NCBI GenBank assembly: GCA_043778225.1
Contig: JAYWGM010000068.1
Span: 1-19,405 of the forward strand
DNA from: Deinococcales bacterium
GTDB taxonomy: Bacteria > Deinococcota > Deinococci > Deinococcales > JAAFIG01
DNA length: 19,405 nt
Reading direction: 5' to 3'
Below are positions 1 through 9,655 of this stretch, in pieces (the stretch's first letter is position 1; each line of letters opens with the position of its first letter). The position numbers were made by a program, and so were the translations under genes. The notes below the pieces were generated by a model, which was given only the letters and a program-made list of their open reading frames with translations, was not told where the DNA came from and did no database searches.

Positions 1-148
1 TCCGCTTCGCTCCAAAGAGTCTCCGCACTCGTCAACAATGTACTTTGTGTTCACTCGCATAGCTCGCAAAAATTCTACGAATTTATTTAACAGTGTACTA
101 AGTCTTTTAACCTTTGCCCTTTTTCCCTTTTTACCCTATAAATACGCT

Positions 149-841
149 ATGCGGTTTTACTTTATTCGTCATGCCCAAAGCATCAACAATGCGCTTTTTG
201 AGGCGACTGGCGCAGAGAAAGGACGCTCCGAAGACCCTGAACTCTCGAGCCTTGGGATTAAGCAAGCGGTTGCTCTGGGCGATTTTCTAAGTCGCAATAA
301 CGACCCGCTCGATGGTGGGCAGCGTTTTACCCATTTGTATTGCAGCACCATGACCCGAGCCATCCAAACCGCGCTCGAGGTCGGGCGTGGTACAGGTCTA
401 GCCCCCGTTATCTGGGAAGAGTGGCATGAGACGGGTGGCATTTGGCTCGAGCAGGACGGCGTACAAGTTGGGCAAGCCGGAAAAAACCGAGTCGAACTCG
501 AGGCACGTTTTCCAGGCTTTGATTTTTCGATCTATGGCACACAAGGTTGGTGGTCTCGAGCCGCCGAAACCGACTGCGCTCCTCGGGCAGTCGGTGCGTG
601 GGCAGCCTTGCTTGAGCGACATGGCGGCACAAAAGACCGTGTGGCGATTGTCTCACATGGGCATTTTTATGCCCACATCATGGGGCAAGCCCTCGGACTC
701 GAAGTTGGTTCGGGCAAGCACTGGTTTATGCTCAATAACACCGCCATGACTCGGATTGATTTATCCGAAACCGAGCATCTGAGCCGCGAATTAAAATATG
801 CCAACCGCTTGGCGCATTTATCGCTCGAGCAAATAAGCTAA
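149..841 (+). CDS. Histidine phosphatase (phosphoglycerate mutase-like) family protein
   Basis: N-terminal FIRHAQS (RHG-type catalytic motif), STMTRAIQTA and a C-terminal VAIVSHG motif. Start moved from 38 to ATG 149 because the upstream part translates an AT- and pyrimidine-rich intergenic stretch. Stop overlaps the sbcC start (TAATG). Confidence 0.85.
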   Translation: MRFYFIRHAQSINNALFEATGAEKGRSEDPELSSLGIKQAVALGDFLSRNNDPLDGGQRFTHLYCSTMTRAIQTALEVGRGTGLAPVIWEEWHETGGIWLEQDGVQVGQAGKNRVELEARFPGFDFSIYGTQGWWSRAAETDCAPRAVGAWAALLERHGGTKDRVAIVSHGHFYAHIMGQALGLEVGSGKHWFMLNNTAMTRIDLSETEHLSRELKYANRLAHLSLEQIS

Positions 842-3800
842 TGCGTCCGCTTCGCTTAGAGCTACAGGGCTTTACTTGTTTCAGGGATTTTACAGTCATT
901 GACTTTAGCAACCTCGAGCTATTTGCGATTGTTGGTCAGACTGGTGCGGGTAAATCGAGCATTTTGGATGCGCTTACGTTTGCGCTGTTTGAGCAAACGC
1001 CGCGCTTGGGTTCTAAACCCGCCAAAGAACTGATTTCGCAAGGCAGCCAAGGCATGAGTTTGGCGCTCGAGTTTGAAGCCTCCGATGGGCGTAAATACCG
1101 TGTCGCAAGAACCTACTCGAGTAAAAGCTCGGAGGTGCGGTTTGAGCGCTTTGAAGCCGAAAAGTGGGTCACGGCAGTCGAGCAAATTAAGAAAAAAGAG
1201 GTTGCCGAAGCCATCGAGCGGGTCGTTGGTCTGGACTTTGAAGGGTTTACTCGAGCGGTGCTGTTACCGCAGGGCGAATTTGACCGTTTTTTGCGTGGCG
1301 AACCCAAGCAGCGCCGCGACCTCCTAAAAAACCTGATTGGCTTAGAACGCATCGAGATGATGCAAAAACGCTCGGGCGAATTGGCACGGGAAGCCAAAAC
1401 CAAATCCGAAACAATGCAGACTCAACTCGAGGCATTAGCCGATGCCACACCCGATGCCCTAGAAGCCCTAGAGTTAGAACAAATCGCGCAGCAAAAAGCG
1501 CTTGAAGAAAGTTTGGCTGCCCTTGGTACAGTCCGCCAACAATTGCTGGAAGCCCGAGAAGTCCATCGGATCGAGACCAGTTTAGGACAAGTCAAACTTG
1601 AAATAGAAAATTTAGAAAAGCAGAATCCGCAAATTGACTTGGCAAAAGAACGCTTATCACAAGCCCGACGGGTGGCTGGGGTTTTACCGTTGCTCGAAAA
1701 TCTGCTGCATCTCGAGGCGCGGCGACAACAGACCATCAGCCAAATGACCAACGCCCAAAAGCGTTTGGCGGTTGCCCAAGAAGAACAACAACAAGCCCGA
1801 GAAGCCCTAGAAACCGCCCGAGATGCGGCGCTGGACTCGGGTAGGCTCGAGGCTTTGGTGTTGCAACTCAGCAGCTTACAGCCCCGCTTGGAACGCTTAC
1901 AGGCATTGGGTGGGCGTTTAGCTCGGCAGGCAAACAGTCAGCCTTTTAGCGAAGCGGCTTGGAGCAAGCTCGAGCGACTTGGCGCAGAATTACCGCTTTT
2001 AGACAGAATCGCCAAAGCCTTATCCGAACTCGAGCGCCGCGATAAGGAATTAAATGGGGCTGCCAAGCGCTTAGAAGATGCCCAAACAGCTTTACTCGAG
2101 CAACAAAAAAACTTGGCAAAGTTGCAAAAGCAACAGCTTGAGGATTCGGCACAACTCAAAGAAACACGGCTGGCTGCTGCTAAAATTCCAGCCCTCGAGC
2201 TAACTTTGCGCCGACTCGAGGCACTCAAACCCAAATTACAAAGGCTTTTTGAACTGGGCGGTGATTTAGCACTAACTGAGGGCGGTGTGGTTTTTAGCGA
2301 ACGTGCTTGGTCGCGGCTCGAGACGGTGCAGAGCGAGCTTAGAACCCATGCCAGACTGATAAAACAACAAGCCACCCAGAAAACCGAACTTGAATTGGCA
2401 CGCGATGAACTGCTGAAATGGGAAGGGCAACTCGAGGAAAGCCAAACCAGACTCGAGGGCTTAAAAATTGAAGGTAAAGCCGCCGCCGCCGCCCAAAAAG
2501 CCCTCGAGATGGCACTTGAAGCCGCCAAGCGCCAGAACATTGCGGCTGAGTTGGTGCGTGGTTTAAGCCTTGGCGACCCTTGCCCAGTCTGCCAAAAACC
2601 ACTGACAACCTTGCCCGATTTATCTGGCTCGAGTGTACCCAATGCCCAAGAAGCCCTTGATGCTGGTTTACTCGAGGTCAGCCGTCTGCGCGATGAATAC
2701 ACCCGACTCAAAGAAGCCAGAAAAAACCATGAATTCAATAAAACCAAAGCCGATAAGGATTTAACCCGAACTGAGCAAGCAATGCGCGAAACTGCCGCCG
2801 AGCGCCAACAACTCGAGCAGGGCTGGCAGGATGTTTTAACCGATGTCGACGACCCAAAAAGCGCTGTTCAGATGGCTCGGGCTGCCCTTTTGGCGGGGTT
2901 AGCCAGCGAACTGGCTGGGGCAACCGACCTAGAAGCCCGTATAGCCGCTATTTTAGAAGAGAAAACCACACTCGAGGCTGCTGAGAAAAAAGCCAATCAG
3001 CAAGAAAACGAAACCCGCGCCCAACTTGCCCGCAGCCAAAGTGCCACCGAAGCTGCCCAAGTGTTGCTCGAGAGCCGCTTTATAGAACAAGAAAATGCCC
3101 AACAAGAAAAAATTCGACTGACCGAACAACGCCTTGGTTTGGTCTCCGAGCGCCAAGATTTTGTGGTCAAACTCGAGGCTCAACTTGGCACAAGTTCCAA
3201 CCCAGAAGTGGCTTTGGGTCAGGTTCAGTCCGCCCTTTTGGCGGGTTTAGCCAACGAATTACTCGAGGCTGGGGCAACCAATAACCTGAGTGGCGACATA
3301 AAAACCCTCAAAATCCAGCGCCAGCAACTCGAGCAAACCGAACGTCAAGCCACAGAAACCTTCTCGAATAAAAAAAGTGCCACGGCTGGTTTACAAAGTG
3401 CTTTTGCGGCAGCCCAGCAAAACCTCGAGCTAGTGCAACAAGAAGCCCAAAGCGCCCAACTCAAGACCCAACAGCAACTCGAGCAGTTGGGATTTGAAAC
3501 CAGCCAAGCCGCCCAAGCTGTGGCATTGCCCGAAACCAAAATGCAAGAACTCGAAGCAGGCATCCAACAGCATCAGCAAAACCTGATTCAAGCCAGTCGC
3601 CGTCAGCGCGAACTGTTGCACGAACTGGACGGACGCAGCCTCGAGAGACCACTTTTAGAACTCGAGCAGCAAATCAAAGACCTTGAAGTCAGCAGCCAAA
3701 GCCAGCGCGGTTATCTTGGGCGGCTCGAGGCACAAAAAACCCAGTTGGTGCAACACATCAGTCAAGCCAAAAACCTGCGGCGCGAACAAAATAATTTTGA

Positions 3801-4296
3801 GAAACGTTTTGATGTCTACGCCGCACTAGCAACCGACCTCAAAGGCAACGAATTTCAGGATTATCTTTTGGCGGGGGTACAACAACAACTGCTGCACCGC
3901 GCCAGTAAAACCATGCTTGGAATTACCCGAGAACGCTACACGCTCGAGTTTATCGATTCAGAATTTCATGTCCGCGATGCTTGGAATGGACTCGAGGCGC
4001 GTGGTGTAAAAACTTTATCTGGCGGCGAAAGTTTTATTGCTTCGCTTTCTTTGGCGCTGTCTTTGTCCGACTATTTGGCAGGCAACCAAGCGCTGGGCGC
4101 ACTTTTTCTCGATGAGGGCTTTGGCACACTCGATGCTGATGCACTTGAAATGGTCGCCAACACCCTCGAGAATCTGCAAACCCAAGGGCGAATGGTTGGC
4201 GTGATTACCCACGTTCCAGCCCTAGCCGAACGCTTGCCGGTGCGCTTACTGATTGAAAAAGCCCAAGACACCAGCCGTGTCAGTTGGGATTCTTAG
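841..4296 (+). CDS. sbcC: SbcC/Rad50-type SMC-like ATPase (SbcCD nuclease subunit C), unusually long at 1151 aa
   Basis: Walker [11 protein letters not shown]-loop LLPQGEF, central zinc hook CPVC (nt 2581), signature LSGGE, Walker B/D-loop [12 protein letters not shown]-switch VITH, and long heptad coiled coils. Confidence 0.95.
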   Translation: MRPLRLELQGFTCFRDFTVIDFSNLELFAIVGQTGAGKSSILDALTFALFEQTPRLGSKPAKELISQGSQGMSLALEFEASDGRKYRVARTYSSKSSEVRFERFEAEKWVTAVEQIKKKEVAEAIERVVGLDFEGFTRAVLLPQGEFDRFLRGEPKQRRDLLKNLIGLERIEMMQKRSGELAREAKTKSETMQTQLEALADATPDALEALELEQIAQQKALEESLAALGTVRQQLLEAREVHRIETSLGQVKLEIENLEKQNPQIDLAKERLSQARRVAGVLPLLENLLHLEARRQQTISQMTNAQKRLAVAQEEQQQAREALETARDAALDSGRLEALVLQLSSLQPRLERLQALGGRLARQANSQPFSEAAWSKLERLGAELPLLDRIAKALSELERRDKELNGAAKRLEDAQTALLEQQKNLAKLQKQQLEDSAQLKETRLAAAKIPALELTLRRLEALKPKLQRLFELGGDLALTEGGVVFSERAWSRLETVQSELRTHARLIKQQATQKTELELARDELLKWEGQLEESQTRLEGLKIEGKAAAAAQKALEMALEAAKRQNIAAELVRGLSLGDPCPVCQKPLTTLPDLSGSSVPNAQEALDAGLLEVSRLRDEYTRLKEARKNHEFNKTKADKDLTRTEQAMRETAAERQQLEQGWQDVLTDVDDPKSAVQMARAALLAGLASELAGATDLEARIAAILEEKTTLEAAEKKANQQENETRAQLARSQSATEAAQVLLESRFIEQENAQQEKIRLTEQRLGLVSERQDFVVKLEAQLGTSSNPEVALGQVQSALLAGLANELLEAGATNNLSGDIKTLKIQRQQLEQTERQATETFSNKKSATAGLQSAFAAAQQNLELVQQEAQSAQLKTQQQLEQLGFETSQAAQAVALPETKMQELEAGIQQHQQNLIQASRRQRELLHELDGRSLERPLLELEQQIKDLEVSSQSQRGYLGRLEAQKTQLVQHISQAKNLRREQNNFEKRFDVYAALATDLKGNEFQDYLLAGVQQQLLHRASKTMLGITRERYTLEFIDSEFHVRDAWNGLEARGVKTLSGGESFIASLSLALSLSDYLAGNQALGALFLDEGFGTLDADALEMVANTLENLQTQGRMVGVITHVPALAERLPVRLLIEKAQDTSRVSWDS
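1807..3500 (+). repeat. Paired internal duplications in the sbcC coiled-coil arms, 348-nt (116-aa) period on each side of the zinc hook; boundaries approximate
   Basis: N-arm: ...[13 protein letters not shown]...[10 protein letters not shown] versus ...[13 protein letters not shown]...[10 protein letters not shown] (LGG at nt 1906 and 2254). C-arm: [14 protein letters not shown] versus [16 protein letters not shown] (nt 2884 and 3232). Both offsets are 348 nt. Confidence 0.85.
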
Positions 4297-5984
4297 CCAC
4301 CCAAGATACTCGAGTCTATTTTGAAATCTTCGGCAATCAGCCGCGCCGTCATTTTGGCGCTCATCATCACGCTCGGTGTGCCGCCGCCCGGTTGTGCGCC
4401 CGCCCCAACCATATAAAAACGTTCGATGTCCTCGGAGCGGTTGTGCGGTCTGAAAAAGGCGCTTTGTGCCAGAATCGGTTCGGGTCCAAAAGCATTGCCA
4501 AGGTAACTCGAGAGCGTGCCTTCAAAGTAGTCTGGGTCAATAAAACTCTGGTAGACCAAGCGCTGGCGCAAATTGGGAATATAACCGCGCTCCTCGAGAA
4601 AACGCAGAATTTTATCCACAAAAGGCTGCCCTAAAAGTTCCCAATCGAGTTTCGAGCCATTGTGCGGCACAGGGACAAGCGTATACGCCACATGATGCCC
4701 TTCTGGCGCAAGGCTTGGGTCGGTCAAGCTGGGAATATGCAGATATTGCGAGAAGTCTTTAGCCAGAATTTTACGCCCAAAAATATCTTTTAAGAGTTCT
4801 TCATAGCGCGGTCCCAAAATAATGTTGTGGTGCTTGAGGTTGGTTTCTAAACCATCGGCTTTGAAGCCAAAATAAACCACCACCAAACTCATGCTTTGCG
4901 GCGCGATTTTGACCTTAAAATCTGAGTTCCAGTTGCGAAACTTATTGGGAATCAGCTTCATGTAGGTGTTGGCATAATCGCCATTGGAAACCACCAAATC
5001 TGCCTCGAGGCTCTCGTTATTCTCGAGGGTTACACCTTTGGCAATTTTCTTTGAGAAACGCCCGACCGGCTCTGCCCCCAATTCATTTTGGATTTGAACA
5101 CTCGAGACAGGTGCATTAAAGCGAATTGTGCCGCCCATCTCTTCAAATTTTTGCACAAAGGCATTGACCAACGCGCCAGTTCCCCCAAGCGCAAAGTGTA
5201 TCCCCCATGTTTTTTCGACAAAGTGAATCATCGCGTAAATCGAAGGCACAGATAACGGATTGCCACCAACCAGCAGCGTCTCGAAGCTAAAGACTTGCTG
5301 CATTTTTGGGTTCTTAAAGTATTTTTTGGCAAAACCAAAAAGTGTCCGAATCGCATCGAGTTTCATTAAGTCTGGCACAACTTTAAGCATACTTACAACA
5401 TCGCCAAAGTGGGTATAACCAAGCTCGAGAAAACCACGTTCAAAAATTGCTTTAGCGTCGCTATGAAACTGCTCATAGCCAAGCAAATCCTCTGGAGCAA
5501 GGGTCTTTATTTGACTGCGGGTGCTGACTGGATCGCCATCGTAATCAAAGAATGTACCATCGTCAAAATAAATGCGGTAAAACGGCAAAATCGGCACAAG
5601 CTGTACATATTTGCTGGTATTGACCCCACCCGAGACCCCTGTCTTGACCCGAGCATTCTCGGTCAGGGTGTGCGGCGGGTAATCTGGGGTCGAAAGCATG
5701 GCTTTATTTGGCTCGAGACTAAAAAGTTCTTCGATAAAATGCGGCACGGTAATCACAGTTGGACCCATGTCAAAGGTAAAGCCTTGGTGCGGCTTGAGGG
5801 CGGCACGCTGTTTAACTTCTGTCCAAACCCCGTCTTGCTGCACGACTTTACGCACATACGCCCGCCCGCCGGGCGCATCGAGTTTCTCGAGAATTGTGGT
5901 CTCAAAACCAAGGCTTTGTAGCCGAATACCAAGGCTCAGTCCACCAATGCCACTGCCAATAATAATTGCTTTACGTCGTTCCAT
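4293..5984 (-). CDS. crtI: Phytoene desaturase (CrtI family)
   Basis: FAD-binding [20 protein letters not shown] and C-terminal [18 protein letters not shown]. Carries the PDYPP...GVSGG insert I recognise from Deinococcus CrtI. Stop overlaps the sbcC stop convergently by 4 nt. Confidence 0.92.
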   Translation of the reverse strand: MERRKAIIIGSGIGGLSLGIRLQSLGFETTILEKLDAPGGRAYVRKVVQQDGVWTEVKQRAALKPHQGFTFDMGPTVITVPHFIEELFSLEPNKAMLSTPDYPPHTLTENARVKTGVSGGVNTSKYVQLVPILPFYRIYFDDGTFFDYDGDPVSTRSQIKTLAPEDLLGYEQFHSDAKAIFERGFLELGYTHFGDVVSMLKVVPDLMKLDAIRTLFGFAKKYFKNPKMQQVFSFETLLVGGNPLSVPSIYAMIHFVEKTWGIHFALGGTGALVNAFVQKFEEMGGTIRFNAPVSSVQIQNELGAEPVGRFSKKIAKGVTLENNESLEADLVVSNGDYANTYMKLIPNKFRNWNSDFKVKIAPQSMSLVVVYFGFKADGLETNLKHHNIILGPRYEELLKDIFGRKILAKDFSQYLHIPSLTDPSLAPEGHHVAYTLVPVPHNGSKLDWELLGQPFVDKILRFLEERGYIPNLRQRLVYQSFIDPDYFEGTLSSYLGNAFGPEPILAQSAFFRPHNRSEDIERFYMVGAGAQPGGGTPSVMMSAKMTARLIAEDFKIDSSILGG

Positions 5985-5991
5985 GTTTTAC

Positions 5992-5997
5992 AGCTTA
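5992..5997 (-). promoter_or_regulatory. -10 box (TAAGCT) of leaderless crtI
   Basis: TANNNT 7 nt upstream of the ATG at 5984; no Shine-Dalgarno sequence. Confidence 0.6.
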
Positions 5998-6036
5998 AAC
6001 TCGAGATGCCGTAAACACCAAAGGGACAAACTACAG

Positions 6037-6828
6037 TTAGGATTCAAAGCTCATCCCCATGACGCTGTAGCCACCATCCACATAAATGGTTTCGCCAGTG
6101 GTTGCTCCAGACATTGGGCTAAACAAAAATAAGCACATATTGCCCACATCGTCAAAAGTTGCATTTTTGCCCATCGCACTGGTCTTGGCGGCTTTCTCGA
6201 GCATCTGGGTAAAACCGGGGATACTCTTGGCGGCGACCGTTCGCATTGGTCCGGGGCTGACGCAATTAACCCGAATTCCAGCCCTGCCAAGGTCGTAAGC
6301 CAGATAACGGCTGGTGGCTTCAAGAGCAGCTTTGGCGACCCCCATGACGTTGTACTTTGGCACGACTTTTTCCGAGGCATAATAGGTCAGCGCCACAATA
6401 CTCGAGCCAACTGGCATGATTGGCGCGGCGCGTTGCGCCAGTGCCAATAAGCTGTAGGCACTAATATCCAAGGCAATTTTCCAGCTTTCTCGAGAGGTTT
6501 CGACAAATGGATTTTCTTGGGTTTCTCGAGGCGTAAAAGCAATCGCGTGCATCAAGTAATCAATCCGCCCGAATTGGGTTTTTATTTTGGTAAACAGCGC
6601 ATCTATTTGCTCGTCGTACATCACATCGCAGACCTCGAGCATCAAAACTTGCTCACCAAATGGCGCAGTTAATTTCTCGAGGGCGGGAATGTTGCGTTCG
6701 CCCTGAAACGAGAAAATACATTTGCAACCCGCCGCCAGCAATTTCTTGGCGGCTGCCCAGCCAAGGCTGTATTCGTTCTGCACGCCAGCAATCAGCGCAA
6801 TTTTATCGGATAAGTCTATATTGACCAT
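6037..6828 (-). CDS. fabI: Enoyl-ACP reductase (NADH)
   Basis: SDR fold with ALIAGVQNEYSLGW, HAIAF, catalytic YNVMGVAKAALE and RVNCVSPGPMRT. Start reassigned from 6915 to ATG 6828 (MVNIDLSDK), which follows an extended -10 box. Confidence 0.93.
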   Translation of the reverse strand: MVNIDLSDKIALIAGVQNEYSLGWAAAKKLLAAGCKCIFSFQGERNIPALEKLTAPFGEQVLMLEVCDVMYDEQIDALFTKIKTQFGRIDYLMHAIAFTPRETQENPFVETSRESWKIALDISAYSLLALAQRAAPIMPVGSSIVALTYYASEKVVPKYNVMGVAKAALEATSRYLAYDLGRAGIRVNCVSPGPMRTVAAKSIPGFTQMLEKAAKTSAMGKNATFDDVGNMCLFLFSPMSGATTGETIYVDGGYSVMGMSFES

Positions 6829-6835
6829 ATGCGAG

Positions 6836-6844
6836 ACGATAGCA
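6836..6844 (-). promoter_or_regulatory. Extended -10 (TGcTATCGT) of leaderless fabI
   Basis: TGnTANNNT 7 nt upstream of ATG 6828. Confidence 0.65.
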
Positions 6845-6922
6845 CACCTACAAGACAGTTTTGCGTTGTTTGCCACTAGCCATACTGTGACTTGTGCGCT
6901 AACTCGAGCAGCCAAAACCGTG

Positions 6923-6928
6923 TAGGCT
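6923..6928 (+). promoter_or_regulatory. -10 box (TAGGCT) of the leaderless iorA-like gene
   Basis: TANNNT 6 nt upstream of ATG 6935; divergent from the fabI promoter. Confidence 0.6.
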
Positions 6929-6934
6929 TAAACC

Positions 6935-7432
6935 ATGAACTTAATGGTCAATGGAAAATCCACGCTTGTGCCTGAGTCACAGCGTCTCGAGCCACTTGTC
7001 TGGGTGCTGCGTGACACCCTCGGGTTGGTGGGTACGCGCTACGGCTGCGGCATTGGGGTTTGCGGAGCGTGCAATGTACTACTGGATGGCAAAGTCGTGC
7101 GCTCTTGTCAAACTCCAGTCCAGACAGCCTTGGGTAAAGAAATCATCACGCTCGAGGGTCTGGCAATGGGGAACGAGTTGCATCCAGTGCAACAAGCCTT
7201 TCTCGAGAATCCTTTGCAGTGCTGCTGGTGCATGACTGGGCATATCATGAACGCGGTCGAATTGCTCGAAAACAATAAGCAGCCTTCGCCCAACCAGATT
7301 GATGATGCCATGAACGATAATTATTGTCGTTGCGGTGGCTATAACAGCATTCGTGCCAACGTCGTTCGGGCTTCGGAAATCGCCTCGAGCCAGCCAGCCG
7401 CCAAACGCTTGAGCATTCGGAGGAAATCATGA
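6935..7432 (+). CDS. (2Fe-2S)-binding small subunit, isoquinoline 1-oxidoreductase alpha / CoxS-like
   Basis: GTRYGCGIGVCGACNV...SC (first 2Fe-2S cluster) and LQCCWCMTG...YCRCGGY (second cluster). ATGA overlap with the next gene. Confidence 0.9.
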   Translation: MNLMVNGKSTLVPESQRLEPLVWVLRDTLGLVGTRYGCGIGVCGACNVLLDGKVVRSCQTPVQTALGKEIITLEGLAMGNELHPVQQAFLENPLQCCWCMTGHIMNAVELLENNKQPSPNQIDDAMNDNYCRCGGYNSIRANVVRASEIASSQPAAKRLSIRRKS

Positions 7433-9624
7433 AACGCGCTCCTAAACCTAAGCCCGATGCGGTAACTCGTCCCAAGCCCGATGCGGCGACTCGTTGGAAG
7501 ACCACGCGACGGCGTTTGTTAATCGGAGCGGGTAGCCTTGGTGTGTTGGCGGTCGGTGGCTATTTTGGTCTCGAGGCGGGTCGTCCGCTTTTGGTAGACC
7601 GAATCGAAGGCGCAGGTGCGCCAAGCAGTCCAGCCCCTACTAATCCAAATCTGTGGTTTGAACTTAAAGCCGATAAAATTGTGTTTTTTGCCCCAAAATT
7701 TGAAATGGGTCAGGGCATTCAAAGTGCGCTGGCGCAAATCGCTGCCGAAGAACTCGAGGTCGATTGGCAAAGTCTCGAGTTACGTCAACCAGATTCGCAA
7801 CATGGTTTTGCACCCACCTTTATGTTTACTTTTGGCAGTACCTCGGTCAAGGATTTGTACCAACCGATCCGCGAAATGGCAGCCAGTCTGCGCGAAATGC
7901 TGCGAACCGAGGCGGCTTTACAACTAGGAACAGATAGCTCGAGTATCGAAATAAAAAATGGTCTGTGCAGCCTAAAAACCGATTCAAGTAAAACCTTGTC
8001 GTATGGCGCAGTGGTGGCAGCCAAAAAAGGCGAATGGGTGATGCCTAAAACCCCACCCACGCTAAAAGCCAAAAGCGAATTTACCACGATTGGTAAGCCG
8101 TTAAGCCGCTTGGATGCCAAGTCCAAAGTCATCGGGCAGCCTGTTTACAGCATGGATGCTCGAGCCGAAGGAATGCTGTACGGGGCGGTGGCTCGAGCGC
8201 CAAGGTTTGGGGCAAAACTCGAGACTGCCACGGCTGGACAAGCCGAAAGTCAAGTTGGTGTGGTTAAAGTTGTAATAGATTTGGCTGCTCATTTTGCGGG
8301 GGTGGTAGCCGAGACTCGCACCCAAGCTCGCAACGCCTTAAAATTCCTAAAGCTGACTTGGGTTGGCGGCACGAGTATTTCTCAAGCCGAATTGGACACC
8401 CTCGTGACTGCCAAAGCTGGGGCTGGTGTGGTGGTTCGTAAGCGTGGTCAGTCTGGCTTAACTGGCGATGTGGTTACGGCTTCGTACCGCACGCCATTTG
8501 CCGCTCACGCTCACCTCGAGCCTTTGGCAGCCTTAGCCGATGTTAAAGAAAAAAGCATTGATGTTTGGGTCGGTACGCAAGCTGCAAATTCCGACGAAAG
8601 CGCGATTAAAAAAGTAGTACCAGGCAATCGCAGTATTAAAATTTACCCGATGCAAATGGGTGGCAGTTTTGGGCGCAAAGGCAGCCAGAGTGCTGCTCCA
8701 GAAGCCGCCAGACTCTCGGCGGCAGTCGGTAAACCAGTCCATGTGGCGTGGACTCGAGAAGAAGAAATGCAGCAAAGTTTTTATCGCCCACCGACCAATA
8801 CCCTGCTCCAAGCCACGCTCGAGAATGGCATGATTACGGGGGTAGAGCAGGTGACTGCCAGTGGTGATATTCTATTTAGCATCATTCCGATTCCAGCTTT
8901 TATTAAGAACACCATCGGCTTTGATTTTGGTGTGTTAAGCGGACAATTTCTGCCGTACAGCCTTGCCAATTACACAGTTCGTAGCCAACGTATTGACCTG
9001 CCGATTCCAACCGGACCGTGGCGCGGTGTGGGCTTAATGCCCAATGTTTTTGCTTTAGAGAGTTTTATGGATGAATTGGCATTGGCAGCTAAGACCGACC
9101 CACTCGAGTTTAGGTTAAAACACACTTCTAACCCACGCATGAAAGCCGTACTCGAGGATGTCCAAATCCGTTCTGATTGGGCAAAACCAGCCCCAAATGG
9201 CGTGGCTCGAGGTGTGGCGTACTGCACAGCGGTTGGCACATTTGTAGCGATGGTTGTGGAAATTCGGCTCGAGGGCAAAGAAATTTTGGTGCAACGTGTA
9301 ACGGTCAGTATAGACGCTGGAATTGTGGTCAATCCGACCAATGCAGCCCTGCAAGCACGGGGCAGTGTGGTCATGGGGCTGAGTTCGACCTTGCTCGAGA
9401 AAATTGTTATCGAGAACGGCGCAGTGGTACAAAGTAATTTTAAGGATTATCCGCTTATCACCCTCAAAGCCACGCCTAAAATTATTGATGTGCATTTTAT
9501 GGAAAACGCCGAAGCCCCTTCGGGCATGGGCGAACCCGTGATTGGACCAGTGCCAGCCGCCGTTGCCAATGCCTTATTTGCCCTGAATGGACAACGCCTA
9601 CGGGAATTGCCATTGGTGCTGTGA
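7429..9624 (+). CDS. Molybdopterin-binding large subunit, isoquinoline 1-oxidoreductase beta (IorB)-like, with Tat-like signal
   Basis: TTRRRLLIG followed by a hydrophobic stretch (twin-arginine-like), EMGQGI, GSTSV, AHAHLEP, MGGSFGRK, GPWRGVG and SGMGEP, all typical of IorB-type xanthine dehydrogenase family subunits. Confidence 0.88.
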   Translation: MKRAPKPKPDAVTRPKPDAATRWKTTRRRLLIGAGSLGVLAVGGYFGLEAGRPLLVDRIEGAGAPSSPAPTNPNLWFELKADKIVFFAPKFEMGQGIQSALAQIAAEELEVDWQSLELRQPDSQHGFAPTFMFTFGSTSVKDLYQPIREMAASLREMLRTEAALQLGTDSSSIEIKNGLCSLKTDSSKTLSYGAVVAAKKGEWVMPKTPPTLKAKSEFTTIGKPLSRLDAKSKVIGQPVYSMDARAEGMLYGAVARAPRFGAKLETATAGQAESQVGVVKVVIDLAAHFAGVVAETRTQARNALKFLKLTWVGGTSISQAELDTLVTAKAGAGVVVRKRGQSGLTGDVVTASYRTPFAAHAHLEPLAALADVKEKSIDVWVGTQAANSDESAIKKVVPGNRSIKIYPMQMGGSFGRKGSQSAAPEAARLSAAVGKPVHVAWTREEEMQQSFYRPPTNTLLQATLENGMITGVEQVTASGDILFSIIPIPAFIKNTIGFDFGVLSGQFLPYSLANYTVRSQRIDLPIPTGPWRGVGLMPNVFALESFMDELALAAKTDPLEFRLKHTSNPRMKAVLEDVQIRSDWAKPAPNGVARGVAYCTAVGTFVAMVVEIRLEGKEILVQRVTVSIDAGIVVNPTNAALQARGSVVMGLSSTLLEKIVIENGAVVQSNFKDYPLITLKATPKIIDVHFMENAEAPSGMGEPVIGPVPAAVANALFALNGQRLRELPLVL
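7447..7494 (+). repeat. 24-nt tandem duplication encoding PKPDAVTR / PKPDAATR
   Basis: CCTAAGCCCGATGCGGTAACTCGT followed by CCCAAGCCCGATGCGGCGACTCGT, 21 of 24 positions identical. Confidence 0.85.
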
Positions 9625-9655
9625 ACTTTTTTGTTTACCCATTCGTATTTTGAGT

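Noticed and set aside
38..148. N-terminal extensions in the ORF track (also 6829-6915, 9587-9655, 10319-10384, 16853-16960)
   Set aside because: They translate promoter or low-complexity intergenic DNA. Family motifs and -10 or SD signals point to the downstream starts.
2478..2493. (GCC)n run in sbcC
   Set aside because: It simply encodes a poly-Ala stretch of the coiled coil. It is an in-frame trinucleotide run and not a phase-variation signal.
1938..2747. 269-aa antisense ORF and other long shadow ORFs (for example 5409-5921, 9635-10102, 17305-17730, 18179-18385)
   Set aside because: They lie antisense to or out of frame within well-supported genes, are Ser/Arg/Cys-rich, and have no recognisable motifs.
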